A stretch of 64,000 nt of DNA from Erysipelotrichaceae bacterium. Its GTDB lineage: Bacteria > Bacillota_I > Bacilli_A > Erysipelotrichales > Erysipelotrichaceae. This document shows, piece by piece, positions 26,127 to 35,776 of this stretch. The notes under the pieces were generated by a model, which was not told the DNA's origin, ran no database searches, and saw only the letters and a program-made list of their open reading frames with translations. The DNA lies in NCBI GenBank assembly GCA_030523555.1, contig JAUNIH010000002.1, positions 7,938-71,937 on the forward strand. The letters are read 5' to 3'. The translations under genes and the position numbers were made by a program. The number at the start of each line of letters is the position of its first letter. The first letter of the stretch is position 1.

Positions 26127-27254
26127 CTATATCTTTCTATTACTGAAATATTCATCAATATAAGGTTTCTGCAGAACTACCATATTTTCAATAGTAAAAT
26201 TATGACTTATTTCTAAACTTCTTATAGACATTTCTTTATTTCTTTCATCATCAAGACAGTAATCTATGGCATCTGTAAGTTCTTTTATATCGCCAGTCCT
26301 GTAGACTACACCATTACCATCTATCAGGCTTTTACCAGCTATACAGTTATCACTGGATATTGAAGGTAGCCCTTGTGCCAAAGCTTCATTTAAAACCAGG
26401 CCCCAGACATCGGTCTGTGAAGATAATACAAACAGATCCGCCATCTGATAATACTGATCTACTTCATTTGGCAAGACAAAATCAATAAAATGGAAATTGG
26501 TTCTGTCCCCTATCATCTTCAGATATTCTTCAGTTGGCTTACCACCCAGAAGATATAAATCACATTCACTCTTGCAGTTAATAACCGCTTCTATAAGATC
26601 TTCAAATCTTTTTCTAGGAATAAAGGCTCCTACGCCTAAAACAATCTTACCCTTGGTATCTATTCCCAGTTTTTCTCTTAATGAGATCTTATCTTCATAA
26701 CTTAATGGTTTTTTAAGAATTCTCTCATCCGTAATTGAAGAGAAATTATGGACATATACCTTATCTTTTTTGGCGCCACAACTGATAAGATGTTTCTTTG
26801 TAGATTCAGAACTGCAGAAGATATAATCGCAAAGATGGCTTATGACATTTTTCTTAACTATATCCCTGATTTTGGATTCTTTTTCCCCCAAGGCATAACC
26901 ATCCACATTGGTAAATGAATGTCTTCCTGTCAGTTTGCAATACAGTAATCCCAATAAGTTAGTCTTAGGTCCATAACCATCAAAGATGATCAGAGAATCT
27001 TTATTTTCTTTAATGACATCTATCACATCAAAACATAAGGCATCATATAAGTCCTTATCATTTTTTAGCTTAATAATCTTACAGCTCTTTGAAGATTTCT
27101 GAAGCCACCTGTCATCTCTTTCGTAATCATGATCCTTGGTATAGACGATGGTCACCTCATAATGTTTAGAGAGTTCTTCACACCACTTTAATCTGTAAGG
27201 AGCTATATTGGATGTTATAACAATCAGTTTATTCATATTCACATCTTTCTGCAT
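26127..27254 (-). CDS. GT4 glycosyltransferase
   Basis: The GT1 C-terminal pattern is LFVLSSQTDVWGLVLNEALAQGLPSISS. An alternative start at ATG 27236 (MNKLIVITSN) would remove the overlap with the upstream gene. Confidence 0.8.
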   Translation of the reverse strand: MQKDVNMNKLIVITSNIAPYRLKWCEELSKHYEVTIVYTKDHDYERDDRWLQKSSKSCKIIKLKNDKDLYDALCFDVIDVIKENKDSLIIFDGYGPKTNLLGLLYCKLTGRHSFTNVDGYALGEKESKIRDIVKKNVISHLCDYIFCSSESTKKHLISCGAKKDKVYVHNFSSITDERILKKPLSYEDKISLREKLGIDTKGKIVLGVGAFIPRKRFEDLIEAVINCKSECDLYLLGGKPTEEYLKMIGDRTNFHFIDFVLPNEVDQYYQMADLFVLSSQTDVWGLVLNEALAQGLPSISSDNCIAGKSLIDGNGVVYRTGDIKELTDAIDYCLDDERNKEMSIRSLEISHNFTIENMVVLQKPYIDEYFSNRKI

Positions 27255-28180
27255 AAAGAATACATCATATTTTTAGACATTGAGCACACTAAGCCTAACC
27301 CAACAGCTTTTATCTCGCCAATACCCTTAACTCTGCCGAACAGGGTTTTTCCATCCATAGCGTTATACATCTTTGCGAATTCTTCCTTATCCAGCAGTTT
27401 GGCTGCCGTAAATAAAGTTCCCAGTTCCCATCTAGGAAGAATCAGTTCCAAATCTTTTCTGTCCTCAGGATAAGTGGAGATTAAACCATCTGTGAATTCT
27501 TTGTATTTATTAAAAGCCTTCATCATCTTTTCATATGGTGAACTAGTCATAATAGACTGTTCCCTAAGACAGTATCCGTATATCTTCTTATATGTATAGC
27601 TCGCCTTCTTAGAGTGGACAATAGCTTCCCACATATAGATCTGATCTTCCGAAAATCTGACACTTTCATCAAAATAAAGATTATTTTCTTCTATAAATGA
27701 TTTCCTCAGTAACATACTCACAATCAGAAAATTGACTGTTCTTTTAAGAAAATCATTAATCAGTTCTTTTCTGTCATATTCTTTAACTTCATTATTATCA
27801 TCTATAAAAGGAACCATTTCCTTTATAAAAGAATAGTTCCCAAAAGAAAAATCATCATCTTCCTTTAAAGCCTTATATAAAGAAGAAAGATAATCCTTAC
27901 ATATCACATCATCAGAATCCACAAAGCAGATTAAATCCCCTTTACTTTCTCTGATACCCAGATTTCTCGTGCTTGACTGTCCCCCATTTTCTTTTTCAAT
28001 AAGTCGGTAATTGACAGTCTTATCCTTCATATATTCCTTAATGATTTCAACACTCTTATCTATAGAACCATCGTCAATAAGCAATAATTCATAATCTGAA
28101 AAATCCTGATCAAGAATACTATCAAGACATTTTTCGATATATTTTTCTACGTTATAAACCGGAATAATTACCGAAATCAT
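27239..28180 (-). CDS. Glycosyltransferase family 2
   Basis: ISVIIPVYNVEKYIEKCLDSILDQ...LLLIDDGSIDKS...FVDSDD. Confidence 0.88.
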   Translation of the reverse strand: MISVIIPVYNVEKYIEKCLDSILDQDFSDYELLLIDDGSIDKSVEIIKEYMKDKTVNYRLIEKENGGQSSTRNLGIRESKGDLICFVDSDDVICKDYLSSLYKALKEDDDFSFGNYSFIKEMVPFIDDNNEVKEYDRKELINDFLKRTVNFLIVSMLLRKSFIEENNLYFDESVRFSEDQIYMWEAIVHSKKASYTYKKIYGYCLREQSIMTSSPYEKMMKAFNKYKEFTDGLISTYPEDRKDLELILPRWELGTLFTAAKLLDKEEFAKMYNAMDGKTLFGRVKGIGEIKAVGLGLVCSMSKNMMYSLCRKM

Positions 28181-28860
28181 AGTTCCTTATTTGCCTCTTT
28201 ACTGTTCATATTGATTCTAGGTAAAACCTTAGCATCTTCCCTACTGTAGGAAAGCGGATAGGTCATGCATACATATTCATAGATGTTTCCTGCATCTTCA
28301 ATATTATCTTCACTTACGGCATACATAGATCCAAAAGGAAAAGCCATACTGTCAATCTTTACACCAAACTTATCTTCAAGCTCTTTCTTTGAATTTATAA
28401 ATTCTTCTTTGACAGTGTTTCTGTCTTTGAATCTTGATAATTCGTGTCTGTAGTTATGCGATCCGACAATGCACTTACTCTCTTTCAGCATCTCCACAAC
28501 TTCATCAGTCTTGATGTAGCTGTCTTTATCCAGAAATTCATTACAGATAAACAGATAATAAGGTATATTCTTTTCTTTCAGTATTGGATAGGCATTCCTG
28601 TATACACTTTCATAGACATCATCAAAAGTGATGACCACATTATCAGAATCAGGATTATTGACCAGTGTTTCAAAATCCACAATCTTCTTTGTCTTTGATA
28701 ACTTATCTATAAACTTTTCAAAATTATCTTTTGAAACAGTATAGATATCATCTTCATCAGAGACATTATGAAACATGTAAACCTTACCGTTACAAACTCT
28801 CTTTTTATTCTTTAATACATATAATCTCTGAAGAAGAATGTAGTAAAGTCTTTTAAACAT
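28177..28860 (-). CDS. Polysaccharide deacetylase (NodB homology domain)
   Basis: VVITFDDVYESVY...PYYLFI...GSHNYRH. Confidence 0.75.
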   Translation of the reverse strand: MFKRLYYILLQRLYVLKNKKRVCNGKVYMFHNVSDEDDIYTVSKDNFEKFIDKLSKTKKIVDFETLVNNPDSDNVVITFDDVYESVYRNAYPILKEKNIPYYLFICNEFLDKDSYIKTDEVVEMLKESKCIVGSHNYRHELSRFKDRNTVKEEFINSKKELEDKFGVKIDSMAFPFGSMYAVSEDNIEDAGNIYEYVCMTYPLSYSREDAKVLPRINMNSKEANKEL

Positions 28861-29998
28861 TCTTTCTCCAAACCATTTTATTTACTATTCCGGTATAAGA
28901 CTGAATAATCTTTACGACTTTAGTCGATACGTTTGTATCTATATAATCAGGTACCGGAATACCATAATCACCATTCTTATTCATCTCAATAGCCAGTTCT
29001 ACAGACTGTACAAGACCTTTTTCATCAATACCAGATAAGACAAAATTACCCTTATCCATAGCTTCCGGTCTTTCTGTAGATGTTCTGATACATACTGCAG
29101 GGAAAGGATTATCTACGCTTAAGAAGAAACTAGATTCTTCCGGTAATGTACCTGAATCAGAGATAACACACATCGCATTCATCTGCAGATGGTTATAATC
29201 AAAGAATCCCATCGGTTTATGCATAATTACTCTTTCATCAAGCTTAAAACCTGTTTCTTTAATCTTCTTGGCACTTCTAGGATGACATGAATATAAAACA
29301 GGTACATCATATTTCTTGGCGATAGAATTTATCGCATTAAATAATGAATTAAAGTTGGCATCTGTATCGATGTTTTCTTCTCTATGTGCACTTAATAAAA
29401 TATACTTACCTTTTTGTAGATTTAGTTTTTCTAACACATCAGAATTTTTAATTTCTTCCAGATGTGCACTTAAAACTTCAGCCATAGGTGAACCTGTAAC
29501 ATAGGTTCTTTCCTTTGGAAGTCCTGTATCCGCAAGATATCTTCTTGCGTGTTCAGAATATGCCATATTGACATCAGAAATGATATCTACGATTCTTCTA
29601 TTGGTTTCTTCAGGAAGACATTCATCCTTACATCTGTTTCCTGCTTCCATATGGAAAACAGGAATATGTAATCTCTTGGCACCTATCGCGGATAGACATG
29701 AGTTTGTATCACCAAGTACTAAAACCGCATCAGGTTTAAGCTCAACCATCAGTTCATAAGACTTGGCAATGATGTTGCCCATTGTTTCGCCCAGATCCTT
29801 ACCTACCGCATCAAGATAGTATTCAGGATCATCTAAGCCTAACTCTTTAAAGAAGATACCATTCAGTTCATAATCATAATTCTGTCCGGTATGAACCAGT
29901 GTTGTATCAAAATACTTACGGCATTTTTTGATTACTTCACTAAGTCTTATTATTTCCGGTCTGGTACCGACTATAATCATCAGTTTTAATTTATCCAT
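28853..29998 (-). CDS. fnlC: UDP-N-acetylglucosamine 2-epimerase, non-hydrolysing (FnlC/CapG/WbjD type)
   Basis: LMIIVGTRPEIIRLSEVI...HTGQNYDYELN...HMEAGNR. Directly follows the CapF-like gene. Confidence 0.85.
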   Translation of the reverse strand: MDKLKLMIIVGTRPEIIRLSEVIKKCRKYFDTTLVHTGQNYDYELNGIFFKELGLDDPEYYLDAVGKDLGETMGNIIAKSYELMVELKPDAVLVLGDTNSCLSAIGAKRLHIPVFHMEAGNRCKDECLPEETNRRIVDIISDVNMAYSEHARRYLADTGLPKERTYVTGSPMAEVLSAHLEEIKNSDVLEKLNLQKGKYILLSAHREENIDTDANFNSLFNAINSIAKKYDVPVLYSCHPRSAKKIKETGFKLDERVIMHKPMGFFDYNHLQMNAMCVISDSGTLPEESSFFLSVDNPFPAVCIRTSTERPEAMDKGNFVLSGIDEKGLVQSVELAIEMNKNGDYGIPVPDYIDTNVSTKVVKIIQSYTGIVNKMVWRKNV

Positions 29999-31197
29999 TA
30001 CTGCACCTCCTCAAAGAATGTATCAGGATGATTTTTATCAAAGATCTCATTACAGGTCATAACTGTCACAAGATTTTCTGTTTCACTTAAATTAATAATA
30101 TTGTGTGTCCATCCAGGAATCATATAGACTGCTTCAATCTTGTCTCCACTAACTTCAAATTCTACAAACTCATTGGTATTTATATTTCTTTCCTGAATCA
30201 GTCCATGTCCTGATACCACAATAAACTGTTCCCATTTACTGTTATGCCAATGCTGGCCTTTAGTAATACCAGGTTTAGAAATATTGATAGATACCTGACC
30301 ACAATCCAAAGTATGTACAAGTTCCGTAAATGAACCTCTATTATCTTCGTTCATCTTTAATTCGTACTTGAACTTATCTTTTGGTAGATAAGTCAGATAT
30401 AAAGAGAAAAGTTTCTTTTCAAAACTTCCTTCAGGCATCTTAGGCATCATTAAACTTACAGGCTGTTCCTTAAATTCTTTAAGTAACTCAATAATTCTTC
30501 CAAGAGTCACTTTATGGGTTAAAGGTACATAACAGTATTTTCCATTAATATCTTCTACAGGTTCTAAACCGTTATATTCACAATGTTTCTCTTTTCCTTC
30601 GAGTAAATCAAACATTCCCTCAACCAAATCATCAATATAAAGATATTCAATCTCAACACTTGGATTATTTACGGTATATTCTTCATCATTGGCTATAGCC
30701 CAGCAGAAAGTAGATATGGCGCTGTTATATTTAGGCCTTGAATGACCCATCAGGTTAGAGAAACGGTAAACCGCAACTTTAACACCATTTTCTTCACCAT
30801 ACTTAAAGAAAAGATCTTCTCCAGCTTTCTTGGACTTACCATATTCAGAATTTCCAAATCTTCCCATTAATGTCGCCTGAATGGAAGAAGACAGCATAAT
30901 TGGTGATTTATTATCATATTTCTTTAAGGTATCTAACAGTAAAGAACCAAACCCATAATTACCCTTCATAAAATCTTCAGGGTTTTCTGGTCTATTTACT
31001 CCTGCCAGATTAAAGACAAAATCACACTCTTTACAGTACTTATTTAAATCATCCAAAGAAGAATCTATATCATATTCAAAAATATCCTCTATCAGAAGAC
31101 TTGGTCTGGTCCTGTTTTTACCATCACGGATATTTTTAAGATTATTGACTAATGCTGTACCAACCATTCCTTTGGCACCGGTAACAAGTATTTTCAT
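29998..31197 (-). CDS. fnlB: CapF/FnlB/WbjC-type bifunctional SDR-cupin enzyme (UDP-L-FucNAc pathway reductase/epimerase)
   Basis: N-terminal Rossmann motif MKILVTGAKGMVG. C-terminal cupin NRGSFTELVH...GQVSINISKPGITKGQHWHNSKWEQFIVVSG. Confidence 0.8.
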   Translation of the reverse strand: MKILVTGAKGMVGTALVNNLKNIRDGKNRTRPSLLIEDIFEYDIDSSLDDLNKYCKECDFVFNLAGVNRPENPEDFMKGNYGFGSLLLDTLKKYDNKSPIMLSSSIQATLMGRFGNSEYGKSKKAGEDLFFKYGEENGVKVAVYRFSNLMGHSRPKYNSAISTFCWAIANDEEYTVNNPSVEIEYLYIDDLVEGMFDLLEGKEKHCEYNGLEPVEDINGKYCYVPLTHKVTLGRIIELLKEFKEQPVSLMMPKMPEGSFEKKLFSLYLTYLPKDKFKYELKMNEDNRGSFTELVHTLDCGQVSINISKPGITKGQHWHNSKWEQFIVVSGHGLIQERNINTNEFVEFEVSGDKIEAVYMIPGWTHNIINLSETENLVTVMTCNEIFDKNHPDTFFEEVQ

Positions 31198-31211
31198 ATC
31201 TACTTTATTTT

Positions 31212-31243
31212 ATTAAAAATAGCGCTTTTTATAAAGCGCTATC
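31212..31243 (-). terminator. 10-bp hairpin plus U-run after the AT3 gene (intra-operon terminator or attenuator)
   Basis: Minus strand has AUAGCGCUUU-AUAA-AAAGCGCUAU followed by UUUUAAUAAAAUAAAG. Only about 22 nt separate it from the fnlB ATG. Confidence 0.65.
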
Positions 31244-31263
31244 TAATTTACTTATAATTTAGT

Positions 31264-32259
31264 TTAAACTTTCATTCCCATCATAAATCTTACCGGTTTA
31301 ATTCTGGAACATATATATCTGATTATCAGATAAGATATGAAGAAACAGACAAACATATTAAAACAGATAATAAGTGCCGGATTTGTAACACCAAGAATTT
31401 TAACAATAATAGTCCTGCTTATAACTAACCAGACGCCATTAAGCAGATACAATTGAAGACTGTATTTACCAAAGTTTTTAAATATATTGATTGACAAGTC
31501 ACATTGTACAAACAGCACAAAGAAACAGCAGCCAATAATCCCCACAACAAGCTCACTGAATATAAAATCCGTTCCCATCATAAATATCCATAAGCCAAGC
31601 AGAACAGCCATAGCAATAAGCTTTATCCCTTTGTTTATTTTAAGATTAAATATTTTGTCGCCAATATAATCACGTATTATATTGCCAGCCATAAAGAAAA
31701 GCAGATAATAAACTACTTTCTTTAAAGTAAAGATACCTATATCTGGCATTAATAAATACACAACAAAATCAATTAACAAAACCGATATAGTTCTATCTTT
31801 TTTCTCATGAATAATTCTATAAATAATAGGATATATAAAAAAAATAATGAATAAGGTATATAAAAACCAGTAATCCCCACCATAAAAGACAACTTCATAT
31901 AAGGATTCACCTATATCTCTCGTCTTATTTATAAAGTTCTGTAAAAAAGCCCTCGGAAAAATATTAATTGCGTTAAAAACAACATACGGAACAACAAGCC
32001 TTTTTACTTTACCAAGAATATATTTCCCATAATTCTGTTTATAAGAAAAAAGAAAACCAGAAATCAGGAAAAACAATGGCATATGTACACTTGATAGCCA
32101 TCTGTATAGAAAATCACAAAAATCATACTGATGAAGATCAATAGGATAAACGATTATTGAATGTCCTAACACAACAAGAAAAATCGCAATCCCTTTAAGA
32201 ATATCAATCTGATCAAAATACGTCTTTTTATTTTCTGATAATTCAGTACTAACGGTCAT
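31264..32259 (-). CDS. Acyltransferase family 3 (AT3) membrane O-acyltransferase
   Basis: FDQIDILKGIAIFLVVLGHS. Polytopic. It has its own AAAGGAGA SD. Confidence 0.85.
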   Translation of the reverse strand: MTVSTELSENKKTYFDQIDILKGIAIFLVVLGHSIIVYPIDLHQYDFCDFLYRWLSSVHMPLFFLISGFLFSYKQNYGKYILGKVKRLVVPYVVFNAINIFPRAFLQNFINKTRDIGESLYEVVFYGGDYWFLYTLFIIFFIYPIIYRIIHEKKDRTISVLLIDFVVYLLMPDIGIFTLKKVVYYLLFFMAGNIIRDYIGDKIFNLKINKGIKLIAMAVLLGLWIFMMGTDFIFSELVVGIIGCCFFVLFVQCDLSINIFKNFGKYSLQLYLLNGVWLVISRTIIVKILGVTNPALIICFNMFVCFFISYLIIRYICSRIKPVRFMMGMKV

Positions 32260-32309
32260 GTCTAATAAATTTCTCCTTTGTAAAAAGGCGTTTTTAAATG
32301 CCTAGTTAA

Positions 32310-33326
32310 TTATTTGAATAAATCCAGTTTCTTTATCAGCTCTTCCATTCCCTTGACATCAAGTCTTTCAGTGTTATGGGAATTGTATTCTTCTGCAGTA
32401 TTTAACTTATCATCACCCTTATTGATATAACGGTCATAGTTAAGATCTCGATTATCTGCAGGTATTCTATAGTAATCACCAAGATCTTCAGCCTTTACCA
32501 TATCTTCTTTGGTAACTAATACTTCATACAGTTTTTCTCCATGTCTTGTACCGATGTTTACTATCTTTGTGTTTTCTTTACCTTTAAGATTAACGATAGC
32601 CTTAGCTAAAGTATCTATTGTAGCAGCAGGTGCTTTCTGTACAAAGAGATCACCCTGATTGCCATTCTTGAAGGCGAATAATACTAGCTCTACAGCTTCA
32701 TCAAGAGTCATCATAAATCTTGTCATATCTGGATTGGTAACAGTTATCGGCTGATCATTTTCAATCTGTTCTAAGAATAGAGGTATTACAGAACCTCTTG
32801 ATGCCATAACGTTTCCATATCTTGTAAGACACAGTACTGTATCTTTTTCTTCCAGCTGTCTTGATCTGGCGACAACATTCTTTTCCATTAAAGCCTTAGT
32901 CATTCCCATGGCGTTGATTGGATAGGCTGCCTTATCAGTAGATAGGAATATGGCTTTCTTAACTCCGTGTTTGACACAGGCATCAATGACATTATTTGAA
33001 CCAAGGACATTGGTCTTTACGGCTTCTATAGGATAAAACTCACATGATGGTACCTGCTTTAAGGCTGCAGCATGGAAGACATAATCTACGCCCTTGAAGG
33101 CATATTCAATAGAACCGAAATCTCTAACATCGCCAATATAGAATTTAAGTTTCTGAAAGTATTCAGGATATTTCTGCTGATATTCATGTCTCATATCATC
33201 CTGTTTCTTTTCATCTCTTGAAACTATTCTGATTTCCTTTATATCGCTGGTAAGAAATCTTTTGGCTACAGCGTTACCGAATGAACCTGTACCACCGGTA
33301 ATCAATAATACTTTATCTTTAAACAT
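32310..33326 (-). CDS. fnlA: UDP-GlcNAc 4,6-dehydratase/5-epimerase (CapE/FnlA/WbjB type)
   Basis: MFKDKVLLITGGTGSFGNAV...FHAAALKQVPSCEF...LSTDKAAYPINAMGMTKALMEK...RYGNVMASRGSVIPLF is near-collinear with S. aureus CapE from memory. Start set to ATG 33326 behind an AAGGAGG SD. Confidence 0.88.
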   Translation of the reverse strand: MFKDKVLLITGGTGSFGNAVAKRFLTSDIKEIRIVSRDEKKQDDMRHEYQQKYPEYFQKLKFYIGDVRDFGSIEYAFKGVDYVFHAAALKQVPSCEFYPIEAVKTNVLGSNNVIDACVKHGVKKAIFLSTDKAAYPINAMGMTKALMEKNVVARSRQLEEKDTVLCLTRYGNVMASRGSVIPLFLEQIENDQPITVTNPDMTRFMMTLDEAVELVLFAFKNGNQGDLFVQKAPAATIDTLAKAIVNLKGKENTKIVNIGTRHGEKLYEVLVTKEDMVKAEDLGDYYRIPADNRDLNYDRYINKGDDKLNTAEEYNSHNTERLDVKGMEELIKKLDLFK

Positions 33327-34605
33327 TGAGATTATCCTCCTTGTCAAACACTCCTTTTAACATTATAGCATCCCCAATAAGCATCGCATTTTCTCTTAAG
33401 TCTTTAACAAAGAAAAGGAAAACAAAATTAGCAATAAACTGGGTCAGTACAGCCGCAATTGATGCCCCAATTATACCTAAATATCTGATTAGTACAAAGT
33501 TTAGACATATGCTGCATATAGCACCAATCAACGAAATTAAGGTTTCGTATTTTGTCTTGTTTTCACACTGCATCCAGCTGGTTCTTGCCACCCCTAAATA
33601 TGCGAAAGCCGTAGACCACGAAAGAATTCTTAAAGGTGTAATCGATGCCTCATAGGCAGAGCCATATAGAATCGTAATAATGAATTTAGCTAGCACCCCA
33701 ATGGCAATCGCTGCCACAATCGATACATAGAAGATAATCGCATATAACTGTTTAATCTTCTTGAGATATAATTCATGATTTTCCTGATGGGTCTCTACAA
33801 TTATCGGATTCAACGAATCAATAATTGCGGTCAGTACAAACGGCCAGGCATTGACTAACATATAAGCCGCTGAATAATAACCTACAGCTTCTTCATCTAT
33901 CATTCTTCCCAGTAACAGAGTATCCGTAACCTTGCCATATAAGACAACCAGTAAACCTGCGAACATATAATGGTATGACTTACTGAAAAGATATTTGAAT
34001 GTTTCAAAAGAAAATTTAAGTTTGTATCCGTCTTTCAGATATACAGCCAGCAATAATACACCTAAAACTATAAAATCCAGCGCCAAGCCAAAACTGAACC
34101 AGTAGACAGAACTCTTTAAAAAAATACCTGCCAGTCTGTATACCGCCGTAAGAATATAGGCTAAGGCATAGATTGTACCTGATTTTCTTGATAGGAGTTT
34201 TGACTGATAGAAATACATCAGACATTCAAAGGACTGAAACATCAATGCGAATGACTGTAATATTGCGATTGTTCTATATATTGGTTCACTGTTCAGGGAA
34301 GATACAATCATCACCGAACAGAACATACATATTAATGATGAACAGATTCTTGATACAAGAATAGTTCCTAAAATCTTATCATTATCATCCTTATGATCAA
34401 CAAGTTCCTTAACGACAATATCATTCATTCCTAAGGCAGCCAACGGAATAAAAAGCTGTATATAGGAATATACATAGTTCATCTTCCCATAATCGGCTGG
34501 ACCTAAGTATCTAGTTATCAGCATTGACGTAATAAACGTCAATCCCAGCTGGAAGACTCTTCCAAACATGATCCAGAAGGCGTTGACTGTTACCTTATTG
34601 TTCAT
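33319..34605 (-). CDS. MOP-family oligosaccharide flippase (Wzx) #1
   Basis: 428 aa and about 12 TM segments. N-terminus NAFWIMFGRVFQLGLTFITSMLITRYLGPADYG is typical of polysaccharide flippases. Confidence 0.8.
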   Translation of the reverse strand: MNNKVTVNAFWIMFGRVFQLGLTFITSMLITRYLGPADYGKMNYVYSYIQLFIPLAALGMNDIVVKELVDHKDDNDKILGTILVSRICSSLICMFCSVMIVSSLNSEPIYRTIAILQSFALMFQSFECLMYFYQSKLLSRKSGTIYALAYILTAVYRLAGIFLKSSVYWFSFGLALDFIVLGVLLLAVYLKDGYKLKFSFETFKYLFSKSYHYMFAGLLVVLYGKVTDTLLLGRMIDEEAVGYYSAAYMLVNAWPFVLTAIIDSLNPIIVETHQENHELYLKKIKQLYAIIFYVSIVAAIAIGVLAKFIITILYGSAYEASITPLRILSWSTAFAYLGVARTSWMQCENKTKYETLISLIGAICSICLNFVLIRYLGIIGASIAAVLTQFIANFVFLFFVKDLRENAMLIGDAIMLKGVFDKEDNLNV

Positions 34606-35776
34606 GTGTGATCATCCTTTCTTCAATTGCCCCGATTATTACACATATAATGGCGAATATTGAAGAGCCTGTCATAACCGGCTCCAAAAACATCTGTAAG
34701 ACAATACATACAAATACTGTCAGCAGCATCACCTTAATAGAATCATCAACATTCTTTAACTTCATAACCTTTATAAACATAAAAAAGTAATAGGTTGTAT
34801 ATACTAACATCAGTCCCCAGCTTACAACTCCGGCATAATCATAGATATCAACCCACAGGTCATGAACCTGTATACCGGTTATACCGCTTATTTCCTGGCA
34901 GCCCCATGGATGAGATGGCATCAGTTTTACAGCCGATATGTAGGCATTGATTCTGGAATTATCCAGTAATCCCTGTCTGAACTTATAGATAATATAAAAC
35001 TTATTAAAGAAAGCCTGACATCCCAGAAAATCTGTTTCATAGGACACGGCAACACCAAGCACCACCAATACGCCCGCAATAAATAAGCCTATAAAGAGTT
35101 TCTTCTGTTTTTCAGTTAGGATATTCTTTATAAATCCTTCATAGACAAAACTTACAAAAAGACATATTGCAATAAGAAGTAAAGGTGTTCTTCTTCCGGC
35201 AAAGATACAATAGGCTATCGCAATCGCAAACCCGATAATTGAACTGTATTTAAGTACCTTATTCTTTTCATAACGGATGATGTAATACAACATTCCAATA
35301 AGAATATCGAGATTCAAAGCCGTAGCTGTTGAAGACATCCTGTCTCTAGTCCAAAAATCATAATGGTTTGATGATAAAAAATTAACTTTATTGATATGCA
35401 TATACATATCATAGATACCATTCAAGATGACATGTATGCACATACCTAAGGCTATAATATAAAGTACTTTCTTAATGTTATCCTGACTTGGATCTTTTAT
35501 ATTTACACCGATATAGTATCCCATAGGAAGACAGAATCCCATCACGGCATAAAATCCCAGCTTATAGGAAAACGCAAAGAAACTTATACCAAAAAGACAT
35601 AAAAGAATAAAGATTCTGATATCTCCAAAATTGAATCTGAACTTATTATCAATGAATAATATCAGGCATATAAGAGGTAAGATAAATTGCCCATAATGAA
35701 GAAAATTGACTGCAACCAGTCCAAGTAATCCACATATTACATAATCAACAATCTTCCTTTCTGAAAAAATCCCCAT
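34595..35776 (-). CDS. Wzy-like O-antigen/CPS polymerase (O-antigen ligase family membrane protein)
   Basis: 393 aa, polytopic, with a larger external loop region. Adjacent to a Wzx gene. Confidence 0.6.
   Translation of the reverse strand: MGIFSERKIVDYVICGLLGLVAVNFLHYGQFILPLICLILFIDNKFRFNFGDIRIFILLCLFGISFFAFSYKLGFYAVMGFCLPMGYYIGVNIKDPSQDNIKKVLYIIALGMCIHVILNGIYDMYMHINKVNFLSSNHYDFWTRDRMSSTATALNLDILIGMLYYIIRYEKNKVLKYSSIIGFAIAIAYCIFAGRRTPLLLIAICLFVSFVYEGFIKNILTEKQKKLFIGLFIAGVLVVLGVAVSYETDFLGCQAFFNKFYIIYKFRQGLLDNSRINAYISAVKLMPSHPWGCQEISGITGIQVHDLWVDIYDYAGVVSWGLMLVYTTYYFFMFIKVMKLKNVDDSIKVMLLTVFVCIVLQMFLEPVMTGSSIFAIICVIIGAIEERMITHEQ

Noticed and set aside
31837-31844. A8/T8 homopolymer inside the AT3 gene as a possible slipped-strand phase-variation tract. 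Several A7/T7 tracts occur elsewhere
   Set aside because: Runs of 7-8 A/T are expected by chance in DNA this AT-rich. Known contingency tracts are usually longer, and nothing can be concluded without population data.
32286-32303. Hairpin AGGCGT-N6-ATGCCT between fnlA and the AT3 gene, considered as a terminator
   Set aside because: On the transcribed (minus) strand the G-T wobble becomes an A-C mismatch, which leaves only a 4-bp stem. That is too weak to call.
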